NCBI GenBank assembly: GCA_040767085.1
Contig: JAXGPF010000022.1
Coordinates: forward strand, 1 to 31,148
DNA: 31,148 nt
Direction of reading: 5' to 3'
DNA from: Kiritimatiellia bacterium
Lineage (GTDB): Bacteria; Verrucomicrobiota; Kiritimatiellia; JAAZAB01
Shown: positions 1 through 8,066 of the stretch, piece after piece
Layout of the letters: each line of letters opens with the position of its first letter
Position numbering within the stretch: the first letter of the stretch is position 1
Translations under genes and position numbers: made by a program
Notes under the pieces: model-generated
Databases searched by the model: none
The model's input: only the letters and a program-made list of their open reading frames with translations
Told to the model about the DNA's origin: nothing

Positions 1-485
1 GTAATCGGCCATTATCCGCCAACCCCGGCCAAAAAACCCCGCCCAGGATGCCCACCACGCCACACAAACGCGCCAAGGCATATCAGCATACCACCCGAAA
101 ACGCGCCCGCCACTGCCAGGACAGGCACCTACAGCAACAAGTGTTGAGATCATGCCGGACGGGTCAATCGGGCAGACGGCGGCGGTCATGGTCAAAACGG
201 GATTCATGGCGACGGCCACTAGGGAGCCGGCCAGGACAACCCGACAACACCGGGCGACCGCGGCCAGGTCAAAGCGAATTCCGCCATCATGGCCGATGCC
301 TAGCGCGCTGCCATAGGCACCCCGGCCGCCGTAACGGTCATTATCAGCATGGCGTGATCCAGACTGGCAAGCCGCCGGTATTGATCCAAGCGCGCTATAA
401 ACCGCCCTTGAAACGCCGCACACCCGCCGGCCCTTGTCCTACCATGGCCCGGCGGAGATCGGCGGGAAACGCCAAGAAATTCTTG

Positions 486-839
486 ATGGAATTTATTTCC
501 TATGCCATCCGCGCCCCCTACCAAGGCACCGACCCGCTGGGCGACGTTGTGTCATGGAATCTCAAGCGGCGGCATTTGTCGGTAAGTCAGAAGTCAACGC
601 TGGCAATCCGGTTGAAGCCGATGTTTGAGGTGAAGGCTAAAGAGAGAATGACATCGGGAATCAACCAGCATAGCCCTAAGGCAAATTTGCCGGAGGGCTC
701 AAAGGGGGAATCCCGCGACCAAGCCGCCGCCGCCGTTGGAGTGTCCGGGCGCACGGTGCAGGATGCGAGGGCAAAAATAATTGTTGACACCGGCCAAGAT
801 TTTGCTATGGTTCCGGCAGATAGCAAGGAAAGGCCGTAG
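486..839 (+). pseudogene. Fragment of a phage-type ParB/Spo0J-like protein (middle and HTH part only)
   Basis: The C-terminal part of ORF 48..839 reads PLGDVVSWNLKRRHLSVSQKS...AKERM...SRDQAAAAVGVSGRTVQDA. This resembles the NLxRRHL..SQR motif and HTH region of phage ParB-like proteins. The N-terminal nuclease domain is absent and similarity ends near 765. The first 146 codons of the ORF look non-coding. Confidence 0.55.
784..811 (+). promoter_or_regulatory. Sigma70-type promoter for the C4-like leader and downstream gene
   Basis: TTGACA (784-789), 16-nt spacer, TATGGT (806-811), with an extended -10 TG at 803-804. Confidence 0.6.
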
Positions 840-879
840 AACGCCTATGACACTATCAGTAAAATCCAAGCAAAATATG

Positions 880-949
880 CCGCCGTTGTATGTGGGAGGG
901 CTGCCTACTGACGGCCCAAGTTCTACCCCGCTGCAACGGCGGTTTTTTT
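880..949 (+). ncRNA. C4/CI-like structured antisense RNA or attenuator
   Basis: Stems 880-890/932-942, 892-896/927-931 and 898-903/912-917. Loop TACTGA (906-911) is complementary to upstream TCAGTA (856-861). Bulge GTTCTAC (920-926) is complementary to upstream GTAGAAC (836-842). T7 tract at 943-949. Confidence 0.65.
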
Positions 950-965
950 GTTAGGAGGTTGCATC

Positions 966-1559
966 ATGCAGTATCTTATCTACACTGGGCCGGGCAAAGT
1001 CACGGCCACCCTTACCACCGACGCGCCGGGAAGTCATTACGGTATTCCAATTTTACGAATTGAAGGCAAAGGCGTTGAAGATTGGCCGGACTTAGGGCCG
1101 GCTGATTCCCTGCCTTCAGGTTTGACGGCCGCGCAAATACTTGTGTTATGGGCAACCCGCCAGAAGCCCGACGCGGGAGCTTTCACGGAGCCAAGCGCGG
1201 AAGGCGTTGCCGACGCCCGCCGATTTTGCGCGCAATGGCCGGCCGGCCCGCAAATTCAAAAAATGCGCTGGAGAGTATATCAAACATTTGAAACCTTGGG
1301 CGACCCCGGCGAGGAAATATGTTGCGACCGGGAGACGGCCGAGAAGGCCGCCGCCGAACTCCGCCGGCTGATTGTCAAGATGGTTATGGAGGATTGCGCG
1401 CCAATGGAGGATGACGGCCAAACACGCACAGGTCAGTCAAACGAGGTGGAGGCGTGGAATCATGCCGACACCCACCACCAACATGGCGGCAAATACACCC
1501 GCGCCGCTGGGGAGTATATCGCAACGCAAGCCATCAAGATTGAAGAAATCACGGAATAA
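966..1559 (+). CDS. Hypothetical protein of the integrated element (197 aa)
   Basis: AGGAGG SD at 953-958, ATG at 966, protein-like composition, followed by a GC hairpin. No family recognised. Confidence 0.75.
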   Translation: MQYLIYTGPGKVTATLTTDAPGSHYGIPILRIEGKGVEDWPDLGPADSLPSGLTAAQILVLWATRQKPDAGAFTEPSAEGVADARRFCAQWPAGPQIQKMRWRVYQTFETLGDPGEEICCDRETAEKAAAELRRLIVKMVMEDCAPMEDDGQTRTGQSNEVEAWNHADTHHQHGGKYTRAAGEYIATQAIKIEEITE

Positions 1560-1566
1560 CACCACG

Positions 1567-1597
1567 GCGGCGCCCTGGGCCATCCCTGGGGCGCCGC
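1567..1597 (+). terminator. GC-rich hairpin after the hypothetical gene
   Basis: GCGGCGCCC (1567-1575) pairs with GGGCGCCGC (1589-1597). There is no U-tract, so terminator function is uncertain. Confidence 0.35.
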
Positions 1598-1910
1598 TAC
1601 ACCCGCACCCGGCCCGCCGGCAGGCGATATTCCACGGCAAAGGCGATCCACCGCCACAACCCGGCCAGGATGCCCCAGGATGCCCACCACGGCACGAGTT
1701 GACCCGGCGGCAGTAATGCCACGCCCTGGAGGATGGACGGCGCACCGGGCGATTGTGAGGGATTCAGGCGGAGGCGCCCACACCACCGAGCAGGACGCCC
1801 ACCACGGCGCCCGACCGGCGGCGGTGAACACGGACACAGAACCCGGCCACCCATGCACCAGGTCAGGAGGCCGGCGGGAGGATGCGCGGTTATAGCTTTA
1901 CGGGCAAATC

Positions 1911-2089
1911 TGTATGCTTTTCAAATCCCCGAAAAGCATACAAGTTTTTTGCTGCTGATTCAAAATCAGACGCGACTATCTGCTTTAAAAGCGTTTTTGA
2001 AAAAACCGATTTTTTAGAGCTGTATGCTTTTTGTATGCTTTGTAACCCCGAAAAGCATACAATCACACACCCGCACAAAAAAGCAAACA
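1911..2089. repeat. Cluster of 10-bp TGTATGCTTT motifs in direct and inverted orientation (putative integrase arm-type sites)
   Basis: Forward copies at 1911, 2021 and 2032. Reverse copies at 1933 and 2052, plus a one-mismatch reverse copy at 2080. Perfect 12-bp inverted repeat 1911-1922/1931-1942. 17-bp direct repeat CCCCGAAAAGCATACAA at 1927 and 2046. Confidence 0.7.
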
Positions 2090-2168
2090 AGCGCAAAACC
2101 AAAAAAGGCAATGTTGAGCAAACCCGCATGGATAAAGGGCGAAATGCTTGTTTTTGTTAGGAAAAACA

Positions 2169-2245
2169 TGGCGTACCTGGCAGGAGTTGAACCTGCAACC
2201 TTCTGATCCGTAGTCAGATGCTCTGTCCAGTTGAGCTACAGGTAC
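2169..2245 (-). tRNA. tRNA-Arg (anticodon ACG)
   Basis: The reverse complement folds as a 77-nt cloverleaf: acceptor GTACCTG/CAGGTAC, D arm GCTC/GAGC, anticodon arm TCTGA-CTACGGA-TCAGA, T arm GCAGG-TTCAACT-CCTGC, encoded CCA. Confidence 0.97.
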
Positions 2246-2265
2246 GCTAAAAGAAAGATTTATTT

Positions 2266-2293
2266 ATCCTAGGATATAATTTTGATTTTGCAA
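2266..2293 (-). promoter_or_regulatory. Putative promoter of tRNA-Arg
   Basis: Minus strand TTGCAA, 16 nt, TAGGAT, ending about 20 nt upstream of the tRNA. It overlaps the 12-bp palindrome TATCCTAGGATA (2265-2276). Confidence 0.45.
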
Positions 2294-2386
2294 GCAAATT
2301 TTGTTTGTGTTATTGAAATCAGGCGAGTCGTTTTCAAAAGCCAGCCTTTGCACGCAGGCTTCCATATCCGGTCAGAAAGGAGCACT

Positions 2387-3409
2387 ATGGACTTCGCCGA
2401 GCTCATCCAAGATATCCGCCAGCGCCTGGGACCGCGCCTCTTTATCCTGGGGCATTATTACCAGCGCGATGCTGTGTTGCGGCATACCGACGCCACCGGC
2501 GACTCGCTGGAACTGTCGCGGCGCGCGGCCCGGGAAACCCAGGCCGAACGCATAGTTTTCTGCGGAGTCCATTTCATGGCCGAATCCGCCGCCATCCTGG
2601 CCCGCCCCGCCCAGACCGTTTACATGCCCGATCTCGATGCCGGCTGCCCCATGGCCGACATGGCGCCGGCCCGGGAATTGTGTAAAATCTGGAAGGAAAT
2701 CGAAGCCGCCGTGCCCGGCTGGCTGCCGGTGATTTACGTCAACAGTTCCGCGGCCGCCAAGGCGTTTTGCGGCGCGCACGGCGGCTGCGCCTGCACTTCC
2801 AGCAACGCGCCGCGCGTGGTGCGTTGGGCTCTGGATCAAGGCAAGCGGGTGCTGTTCATCCCGGACCAACACCTGGCCCGCAATACCGCGCATGACCTGG
2901 GTCTGCCGGACAACGCCGTGGCGCTGGCCGATCCCCGTCTGCCGCTGGGCGGCCTGTCGCCGGACGTCCTGCGCGGCGCCCGGGTCCTGGCCTGGAAGGG
3001 CTACTGTCATGTCCACGCCTTTACCGTGGAAGATATCGCCGCGGCCCGCCTTCGTTATCCCGGGGCCAAGATCATTGTCCACCCCGAAACCCCCGCCCCG
3101 GTCCTGCGCCTGGCCGATGCCCATGGCTCCACCTCGCAAATCATCCAGTACGTTGAAAACGCGCCGGATGGCGCCGCCATTGTCATCGGCACGGAATTCA
3201 ACCTGGTCCGCCGGCTGGCGCGGCGGCATCAGCAGCGCCTGAAGATCGTTCCCCTGCGCGTTTCCGTCTGCCCGAACATGTCCCGGACCACGGAAGAAAA
3301 GTTATGCCGGATCCTGCGGGACTGGCCGGCGGAAAACATCGTGCGGATTCCGGAGGAACACCGCGCGGACGCGCAGCGGGCATTGCAGCGCATGCTGGAA
3401 TTATCCTGA
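2387..3409 (+). CDS. nadA: Quinolinate synthase A
   Basis: Motifs ILGHYYQ, GDSLEL, FCGVHFMAE, AGCPMAD, YVNSSA, CTSSNA, GYCHVH, VHPE, GSTSQI and CPNM, including the three Fe-S cysteines. SD AAGGAG precedes ATG 2387. Confidence 0.96.
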   Translation: MDFAELIQDIRQRLGPRLFILGHYYQRDAVLRHTDATGDSLELSRRAARETQAERIVFCGVHFMAESAAILARPAQTVYMPDLDAGCPMADMAPARELCKIWKEIEAAVPGWLPVIYVNSSAAAKAFCGAHGGCACTSSNAPRVVRWALDQGKRVLFIPDQHLARNTAHDLGLPDNAVALADPRLPLGGLSPDVLRGARVLAWKGYCHVHAFTVEDIAAARLRYPGAKIIVHPETPAPVLRLADAHGSTSQIIQYVENAPDGAAIVIGTEFNLVRRLARRHQQRLKIVPLRVSVCPNMSRTTEEKLCRILRDWPAENIVRIPEEHRADAQRALQRMLELS

Positions 3410-3432
3410 CCTCCAGCAGGAGACGATCCGTC

Positions 3433-5508
3433 ATGGCTGCCTTCAAGATCAAAGCCGACTACCAGCCGACCGGCGACCAGCCGGCCGCAATCAAGGCCTT
3501 GCAGGACGGCCTGGCGGCCGGCCAACGCTTTCAAACGCTGGAAGGCGTAACCGGATCTGGCAAAACCTTCACCATGGCCAATGTGATCGCCGCCTGGGGC
3601 CGCCCCACCCTGGTGATTTCGCATAACAAGACCCTCGCCGCCCAGTTGTTTGTGGAATTGAAAGGATATTTCCCCGACAACGCCGTGGAGTATTTCGTCA
3701 GTTACTACGATTATTACCAGCCGGAAGCCTACATCCCGCAGACCGACACCTACATTGAAAAAGACGCCGCCATTAACGAGGAAATCGAGCGTTTGCGCCT
3801 CGCCGCGACGCACTCCCTGATGAACCGCGACGATGTGATCATCGTCGCCTCCGTTTCCTGCATCTACGGACTGGGTTCGCCGGAGGATTACCGGGAAATG
3901 CTGGTCAGCCTGGCCCGCGGCCAGGAACTGGACCGCGAGCGGCTGATGCAGCAACTGGTGGATATCCAATACAGCCGCAACGATTACGAACCCCAGCCGG
4001 GCGCGTTCCGGGTGCGCGGGGATATCGTGGATGTTTTCCCCGCCTACGCCCGGACTGGCATCCGCATCGGTTTTTTCGGCGAGCAGGTCGAGTCCCTGCA
4101 GCGGATTGACGCCGTGACCGGCAAGGTTGAAGCCGACCTGGCACACACCACCGTCTCGCCGGCGCGTCACTTTGTCATGCCGGCGGCGCGGATTCTGCCG
4201 GCCCTGGAATCTATCCGCGCGGAATTGGCGGAACGCGTGCAATGGCTTGAGCGGAACAACAAACTCATCGAAGCCCAGCGCCTGACCATGCGCACCAACT
4301 ACGACCTGGAAATGCTCCGGGAGACCGGCTTCTGTTCCGGCATCGAAAATTATTCCCGCCACCTCAGCGGCCGCCGGCCCGGCGAACCGCCGGCCACGCT
4401 GCTGGATTATTACAGTTCCGAATTCCTGACGATCGTGGATGAGTCGCATGTGACGCTCCCCCAGTTACGCGGGATGTACAACGGCGACCAGGCCCGCAAG
4501 CAGACCCTGGTTGACCACGGTTTCCGCCTGCCGTCGGCCCGGGATAACCGGCCGCTGAATTTCGACGAATTCCTCGCCGCCGCCGGCAAAATGATTTTCG
4601 TCTCCGCCACCCCGGGCGAATACGAACACAAGATGTCGCCGCCGCCGGTGCCGCAGATCATCCGCCCGACCGGCCTGCTGGATCCGGTCTGCGAAGTGCG
4701 CCCGTTAACCGGCCAGATTGACTCGATCATGGAGGAAATCAAACTCCGGGCCGCGCGCCGGGAACGGGTGCTGGTGACGACGCTGACCAAAAAAACCGCC
4801 GAGGATTTAAGCGCCTACCTGGGCGAGGCGGGATTGCGCGTGCAGTACCTGCATTCCGATATTGACGCTTTGGAGCGGGTGGAAATCCTGCGCAGTCTGC
4901 GGGCGGGCGATTTTGACTGTCTGATCGGCATCAACCTGCTGCGCGAAGGGCTGGACCTGCCGGAAGTGTCGTTGGTGGCCATCCTGGACGCCGACAAGGA
5001 AGGATTTCTGCGTTCGGAAACATCGTTGATCCAGACCGCCGGCCGCGCCGCCCGGCACAGCAACGGGACGGTGATCTTATACGCCGATGTCATCACCGAT
5101 TCCATGCGCCGCGCCCTGGCGGTGATGAACACGCGCCGGGCCAGCCAGATGGAATACAACCGGCTGCACGGCATCACCCCCCGCACCATTGTCAAGTCCA
5201 TCAACGAGGGCTTGCGCATCAAACAAGCCGGCCGGCAGGCTGCCGCCCTGGTGGTGCGCGAGTCCGGCGGCGATTATGACGTCCAGGCCGCCATCGGCGA
5301 AATGGAATCGGAAATGCTGGCGGCGGCGGACGCCATGGAATTCGAGCGGGCCGCCTTGCTGCGCGACCAAATCGCCGAGTTGCGTTCCGCCGCCGGACTG
5401 GCGCCGCCAGCACGCCGCCAGTCAGCCCGCGGGCGCGACCCCGGTTCCCATAAAAAGCCGCCGTTGAAATACCCCGGGGTGCGCCATGTCCGGCGGCGCC
5501 GCAAATGA
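3433..5508 (+). CDS. uvrB: Excinuclease ABC subunit B
   Basis: PTGDQP, GVTGSGKT (Walker A), HNKTLAAQL, YYDYYQPEAY beta-hairpin, DESH, GINLLREGLD, QTAGRAAR and the C-terminal UVR motif FERAALLRD. Confidence 0.98.
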   Translation: MAAFKIKADYQPTGDQPAAIKALQDGLAAGQRFQTLEGVTGSGKTFTMANVIAAWGRPTLVISHNKTLAAQLFVELKGYFPDNAVEYFVSYYDYYQPEAYIPQTDTYIEKDAAINEEIERLRLAATHSLMNRDDVIIVASVSCIYGLGSPEDYREMLVSLARGQELDRERLMQQLVDIQYSRNDYEPQPGAFRVRGDIVDVFPAYARTGIRIGFFGEQVESLQRIDAVTGKVEADLAHTTVSPARHFVMPAARILPALESIRAELAERVQWLERNNKLIEAQRLTMRTNYDLEMLRETGFCSGIENYSRHLSGRRPGEPPATLLDYYSSEFLTIVDESHVTLPQLRGMYNGDQARKQTLVDHGFRLPSARDNRPLNFDEFLAAAGKMIFVSATPGEYEHKMSPPPVPQIIRPTGLLDPVCEVRPLTGQIDSIMEEIKLRAARRERVLVTTLTKKTAEDLSAYLGEAGLRVQYLHSDIDALERVEILRSLRAGDFDCLIGINLLREGLDLPEVSLVAILDADKEGFLRSETSLIQTAGRAARHSNGTVILYADVITDSMRRALAVMNTRRASQMEYNRLHGITPRTIVKSINEGLRIKQAGRQAAALVVRESGGDYDVQAAIGEMESEMLAAADAMEFERAALLRDQIAELRSAAGLAPPARRQSARGRDPGSHKKPPLKYPGVRHVRRRRK

Positions 5509-5670
5509 GCAAACCAGGCCCTTCGGCCAAGCCCAGGGCAGGCATACGGGCCCTCCCTCCTGGATGGCGAACCTGGGCGGTGTAAGTTTTAAGGTTGACC
5601 GTTTTATGGTTTTACGCCTGCAAACTGAACACTCTGACCCTTTGTGCCTCTGCCCCTTTGAAATAACCGC

Positions 5671-5698
5671 TTGCGCCGGCGGCGCTGGCATGTATAAT
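5671..5698 (+). promoter_or_regulatory. Putative ssrA promoter
   Basis: TTGCGC, 16 nt, TATAAT, ending 11 nt before the tmRNA 5' end. Confidence 0.6.
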
Positions 5699-5709
5699 GA
5701 ACAGCGAAA

Positions 5710-6058
5710 GGGGGCGACAGGTTTCGACGTTCAAGTTGAAGCCGGAATTGCGCGTCGAGGACCCCGGTTGGCCTCGTAAAACACCCGGGAAAACACAAAC
5801 GCTAATACTGAATTAGCTCTCGCGGCTTAATTGCCGTGACGCTTGTCCGTTGACCGCCTGCTGGACGGAACAAGCGACGATAGCGGGCTGGCGGACGCCT
5901 TGGGCAGCCGGATGCGTCCGCAAGATTCACGTGGCTGCTGGCCGCGGCGGCGCCTGCCTGCCGGCTTCCATCGCGGCGAGAATAAAAGACAGAATACACG
6001 CGTAGATGTTCCGGTGACTCTTGTACGGACGGGGGTTCAAATCCCCCCGCCTCCACCA
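5710..6058 (+). ncRNA. ssrA: tmRNA (one-piece), resume tag ANTELALAA
   Basis: 5' GGGGGCG pairs with 3' CGCCTCC-ACCA, including the G3-U wobble. T arm GGGGG-TTCAAAT-CCCCC. Tag ORF GCT AAT ACT GAA TTA GCT CTC GCG GCT TAA at 5801-5830. Confidence 0.96.
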
Positions 6059-6097
6059 TTTTGCTGGATGCGCTCGGGACTGCAGTTCGATTTTTTC

Positions 6098-6601
6098 ATG
6101 CCAAACTTACGTGAACTCTGCCGGCAGGTTCTGCGGCGCGATGCGCATCCGGCTATTCAATTCGTCAAATACGGCATCGCCGGCGGCCTGGCGACGGCCG
6201 TGCACATTGTCGTCTTTTACATCTGTTGCCTGTGGGTGCTGCCGGCCCTGGCGCCCGGCGACCCGGTCGCCGTCTGGGCCGGCATGGACGCGGCGCCAAT
6301 CAGCGACGCCCTGCGCGGATCGCGCGCGGTGTGGAACAACCTGATCGCCTTCCTGCTTTCCAATCTGACCGCGTACGTGATCAATATTTTATGGGTCTTC
6401 ACGCCGGGACGGCACAGCCGGCTGGTGGAAGTCGGCATGTTTTACCTGGTTTCCGCGGTGAGCGTCGGCTTGGGCAGCGTGATCATGAAATTGCTGATCA
6501 GCCATTTTCAACTGAGCACGACACTGGCGTTCGGCGCGGTGACGGCCTGTTCCATCCTGATCAATTACGCCATGCGCAAGTTTGTTATCTTTAAAGGATA
6601 A
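6098..6601 (+). CDS. GtrA family membrane protein
   Basis: QFVKYGIAGGLAT, N.IAFLLSNLTAY.IN..WVF and NYAMRKFVIF motifs, with four hydrophobic segments. Start trimmed so it does not overlap the tmRNA. Confidence 0.85.
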   Translation: MPNLRELCRQVLRRDAHPAIQFVKYGIAGGLATAVHIVVFYICCLWVLPALAPGDPVAVWAGMDAAPISDALRGSRAVWNNLIAFLLSNLTAYVINILWVFTPGRHSRLVEVGMFYLVSAVSVGLGSVIMKLLISHFQLSTTLAFGAVTACSILINYAMRKFVIFKG

Positions 6602-6603
6602 CC

Positions 6604-6625
6604 CTGCTCCCGGGGGAGCGGTTTT
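6604..6625 (+). terminator. Probable intrinsic terminator between convergent genes
   Basis: CTGCTCC-CGGG-GGAGCGG stem-loop followed by TTTT. Confidence 0.5.
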
Positions 6626-6641
6626 GCGCGCCGCCCGGCCT

Positions 6642-7700
6642 TTAATGCGCCGCCAGAAGATATCCGCGCAGCATGTCTTCGTACTGGCGCAGGGAAGCCG
6701 CCGGCACCCGTTCCGTCAAGGCGTGGGAGCCGGTGCCCGGCAACCCGATGATGGCGATCGGAACCTTGCAGGCGCGGAAATGGCGGGCATCCGTCGCCCC
6801 ATTCATGCGCTTCCAGGCGATTTTCCGGCGCAATCCGCGCTGCATGCAGGCGTGGAATTCCTGCAGCGCCGGCGCCTGTTCGCCGCAGAACATCAAAGGC
6901 GATTCAGTGACTTTTTTGATGGGCAAGCCGGAAAGCCGGCGGATTTTCCTGATTAAATCCGCCGGCCGGTATTTTTCCGTATAGCGGATGTCGAGGACGA
7001 TTTCCGCCGTATCCGGCACGCGGTTGAAAACCGTGCCGGCCTGGATGATATTGGCCGACATGGTGGTATGCCACTCGTCGCCGGCGCGCACCTCAGGGAA
7101 GGCGCTCCGCACCCGCTGATAAGCGGCAATCAGCCGGTCAATGGCGTTTGCGCCCTTCCATGGCGTGGAACTATGGCAAGCCTTGCCGCGTGCGCGCAGG
7201 CGCACCGCCAGGATGCCCTTCTGCGCGGTGGCCACGGCGTAGCCGTAGCCGTCCATGATCAGGATCAAGCGCCTGCCGCGGTAACCCAGTTCCGCCATGC
7301 GCGCGGCGGTGGCGCCGCCGGTTTCCTCGTCGGTCGAAAAAACAGCGCCGGCATCGGCCGCGGCGCCCGCGGCGATCAGGGTGTTGGCGATGACCGCGCA
7401 ACTGCCCAGGCAATCGTTAGTGCCCCGGCCCAGCAGCCACCGGCCCTGGCGGCGCAATTTGAACAGGCTGTCCGGCGCGGGGATGACGTCAAGATGCGCG
7501 TTCAACAGCACCGCCGGCGTTCGGCCCGGCCGCGTGCCGGCGTAGAGGATTTTGCGCCGCCCGGCTTTTTCGCGGCGCACGTGCAGGCCGCCGCGGCGGA
7601 GATAGCCGTCCAGAAAATCAACCAGGGCGTTAACCCGCTCGATTTCGCTGGTAGCCGGTTTGAAGGCCATCATTCTGGCCAGTAATTGTTCCGTCGTCAT
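6642..7700 (-). CDS. M20 family metallopeptidase/deacylase (ArgE/DapE-like)
   Basis: NAHLDVIP, GRGTND, DEETGG, G.ACHSSTPWKG.NAI, NRVPD, GATDARHF and SH..E motifs. Confidence 0.9.
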   Translation of the reverse strand: MTTEQLLARMMAFKPATSEIERVNALVDFLDGYLRRGGLHVRREKAGRRKILYAGTRPGRTPAVLLNAHLDVIPAPDSLFKLRRQGRWLLGRGTNDCLGSCAVIANTLIAAGAAADAGAVFSTDEETGGATAARMAELGYRGRRLILIMDGYGYAVATAQKGILAVRLRARGKACHSSTPWKGANAIDRLIAAYQRVRSAFPEVRAGDEWHTTMSANIIQAGTVFNRVPDTAEIVLDIRYTEKYRPADLIRKIRRLSGLPIKKVTESPLMFCGEQAPALQEFHACMQRGLRRKIAWKRMNGATDARHFRACKVPIAIIGLPGTGSHALTERVPAASLRQYEDMLRGYLLAAH

Positions 7701-7755
7701 GGGCCCCCGTTATTTTATGCTGGCCTATCGCCGGAAATCCGGCAAAATAATCAGC

Positions 7756-7960
7756 ATGGAGCGTTTTAATTTCATTCCCGGTCCGCATCCCGGCGCCTGG
7801 CATGCGGGCGCCGGCCGTCTTGTTTGCGACACACCGTTTGCTTGAAAGCCTGGATGTCCGGGTGATCGAGCAATTGGAAAACATAGCAACCTTGCCTGGG
7901 ATTGTCAACGCCGCCTATGCCATGCCGCCTATGCCATGCCGGCAAGGATTATTTGATTGA
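7756..7960 (+). pseudogene. rtcB: Truncated, frameshifted 5' fragment of a second rtcB
   Basis: From ATG 7802 it reads MRAPAVLFATHRLLESLDVRVIEQLENIATLPGIVNAAYAMP, 30/42 identical to the intact RtcB. The upstream frame from ATG 7756 (FIPGPHPGAW) matches FEPGVSPCEW. It ends at a 14-bp tandem duplication at 7910-7941. Confidence 0.85.
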
Positions 7961-8066
7961 CTCGGCCTTCATCGCATAATATGATGCCAGCCCGTAACGC
8001 CAATGCCGCCGGCGGCGATGGGGCATCCCGCCCGGCGGCAAATAACATGCATAAGAAGGGGCCCCC

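Larger units (their letters stand above)
1..2168. mobile_element. Terminal segment of a degraded prophage or integrative element inserted at the 3' end of tRNA-Arg
   Basis: Abuts the tRNA CCA end at 2169. Carries clustered TGTATGCTTT repeats next to the tRNA, a phage-type ParB-like fragment and a C4-like leader. No integrase or second att copy lies in the window, so the left boundary is outside it. Confidence 0.65.

Noticed and set aside
48-485. N-terminal 146 codons of ORF 48..839 as a real protein
   Set aside because: Arg/Pro/Gly-rich, with no motif and no SD. It is typical of an open frame in GC-rich non-coding DNA.
1911-2089. CRISPR array
   Set aside because: The repeats are 10-17 bp, in both orientations and irregularly spaced. 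There are no cas genes and no repeat-spacer array anywhere in the window.
1882-2206. Short ORFs 1882..2160, 1890..2129 and 2024..2206
   Set aside because: They overlap the repeat array and the tRNA, and their composition reflects the DNA repeats.
2265-2276. Palindrome TATCCTAGGATA as an NAD-regulon operator for nadA
   Set aside because: It matches no NrtR, NadR or NiaR box I can recognise, and it coincides with the tRNA -10 element.
5802-6097. ORF 5802..6059 (minus) and the 5' extension of ORF 5843..6601
   Set aside because: They overlap the tmRNA gene and are shadow frames.
6059-6601. Prophage serotype-conversion cassette integrated at ssrA
   Set aside because: No integrase, gtrB or duplicated tmRNA 3' end, and GC matches the housekeeping genes.
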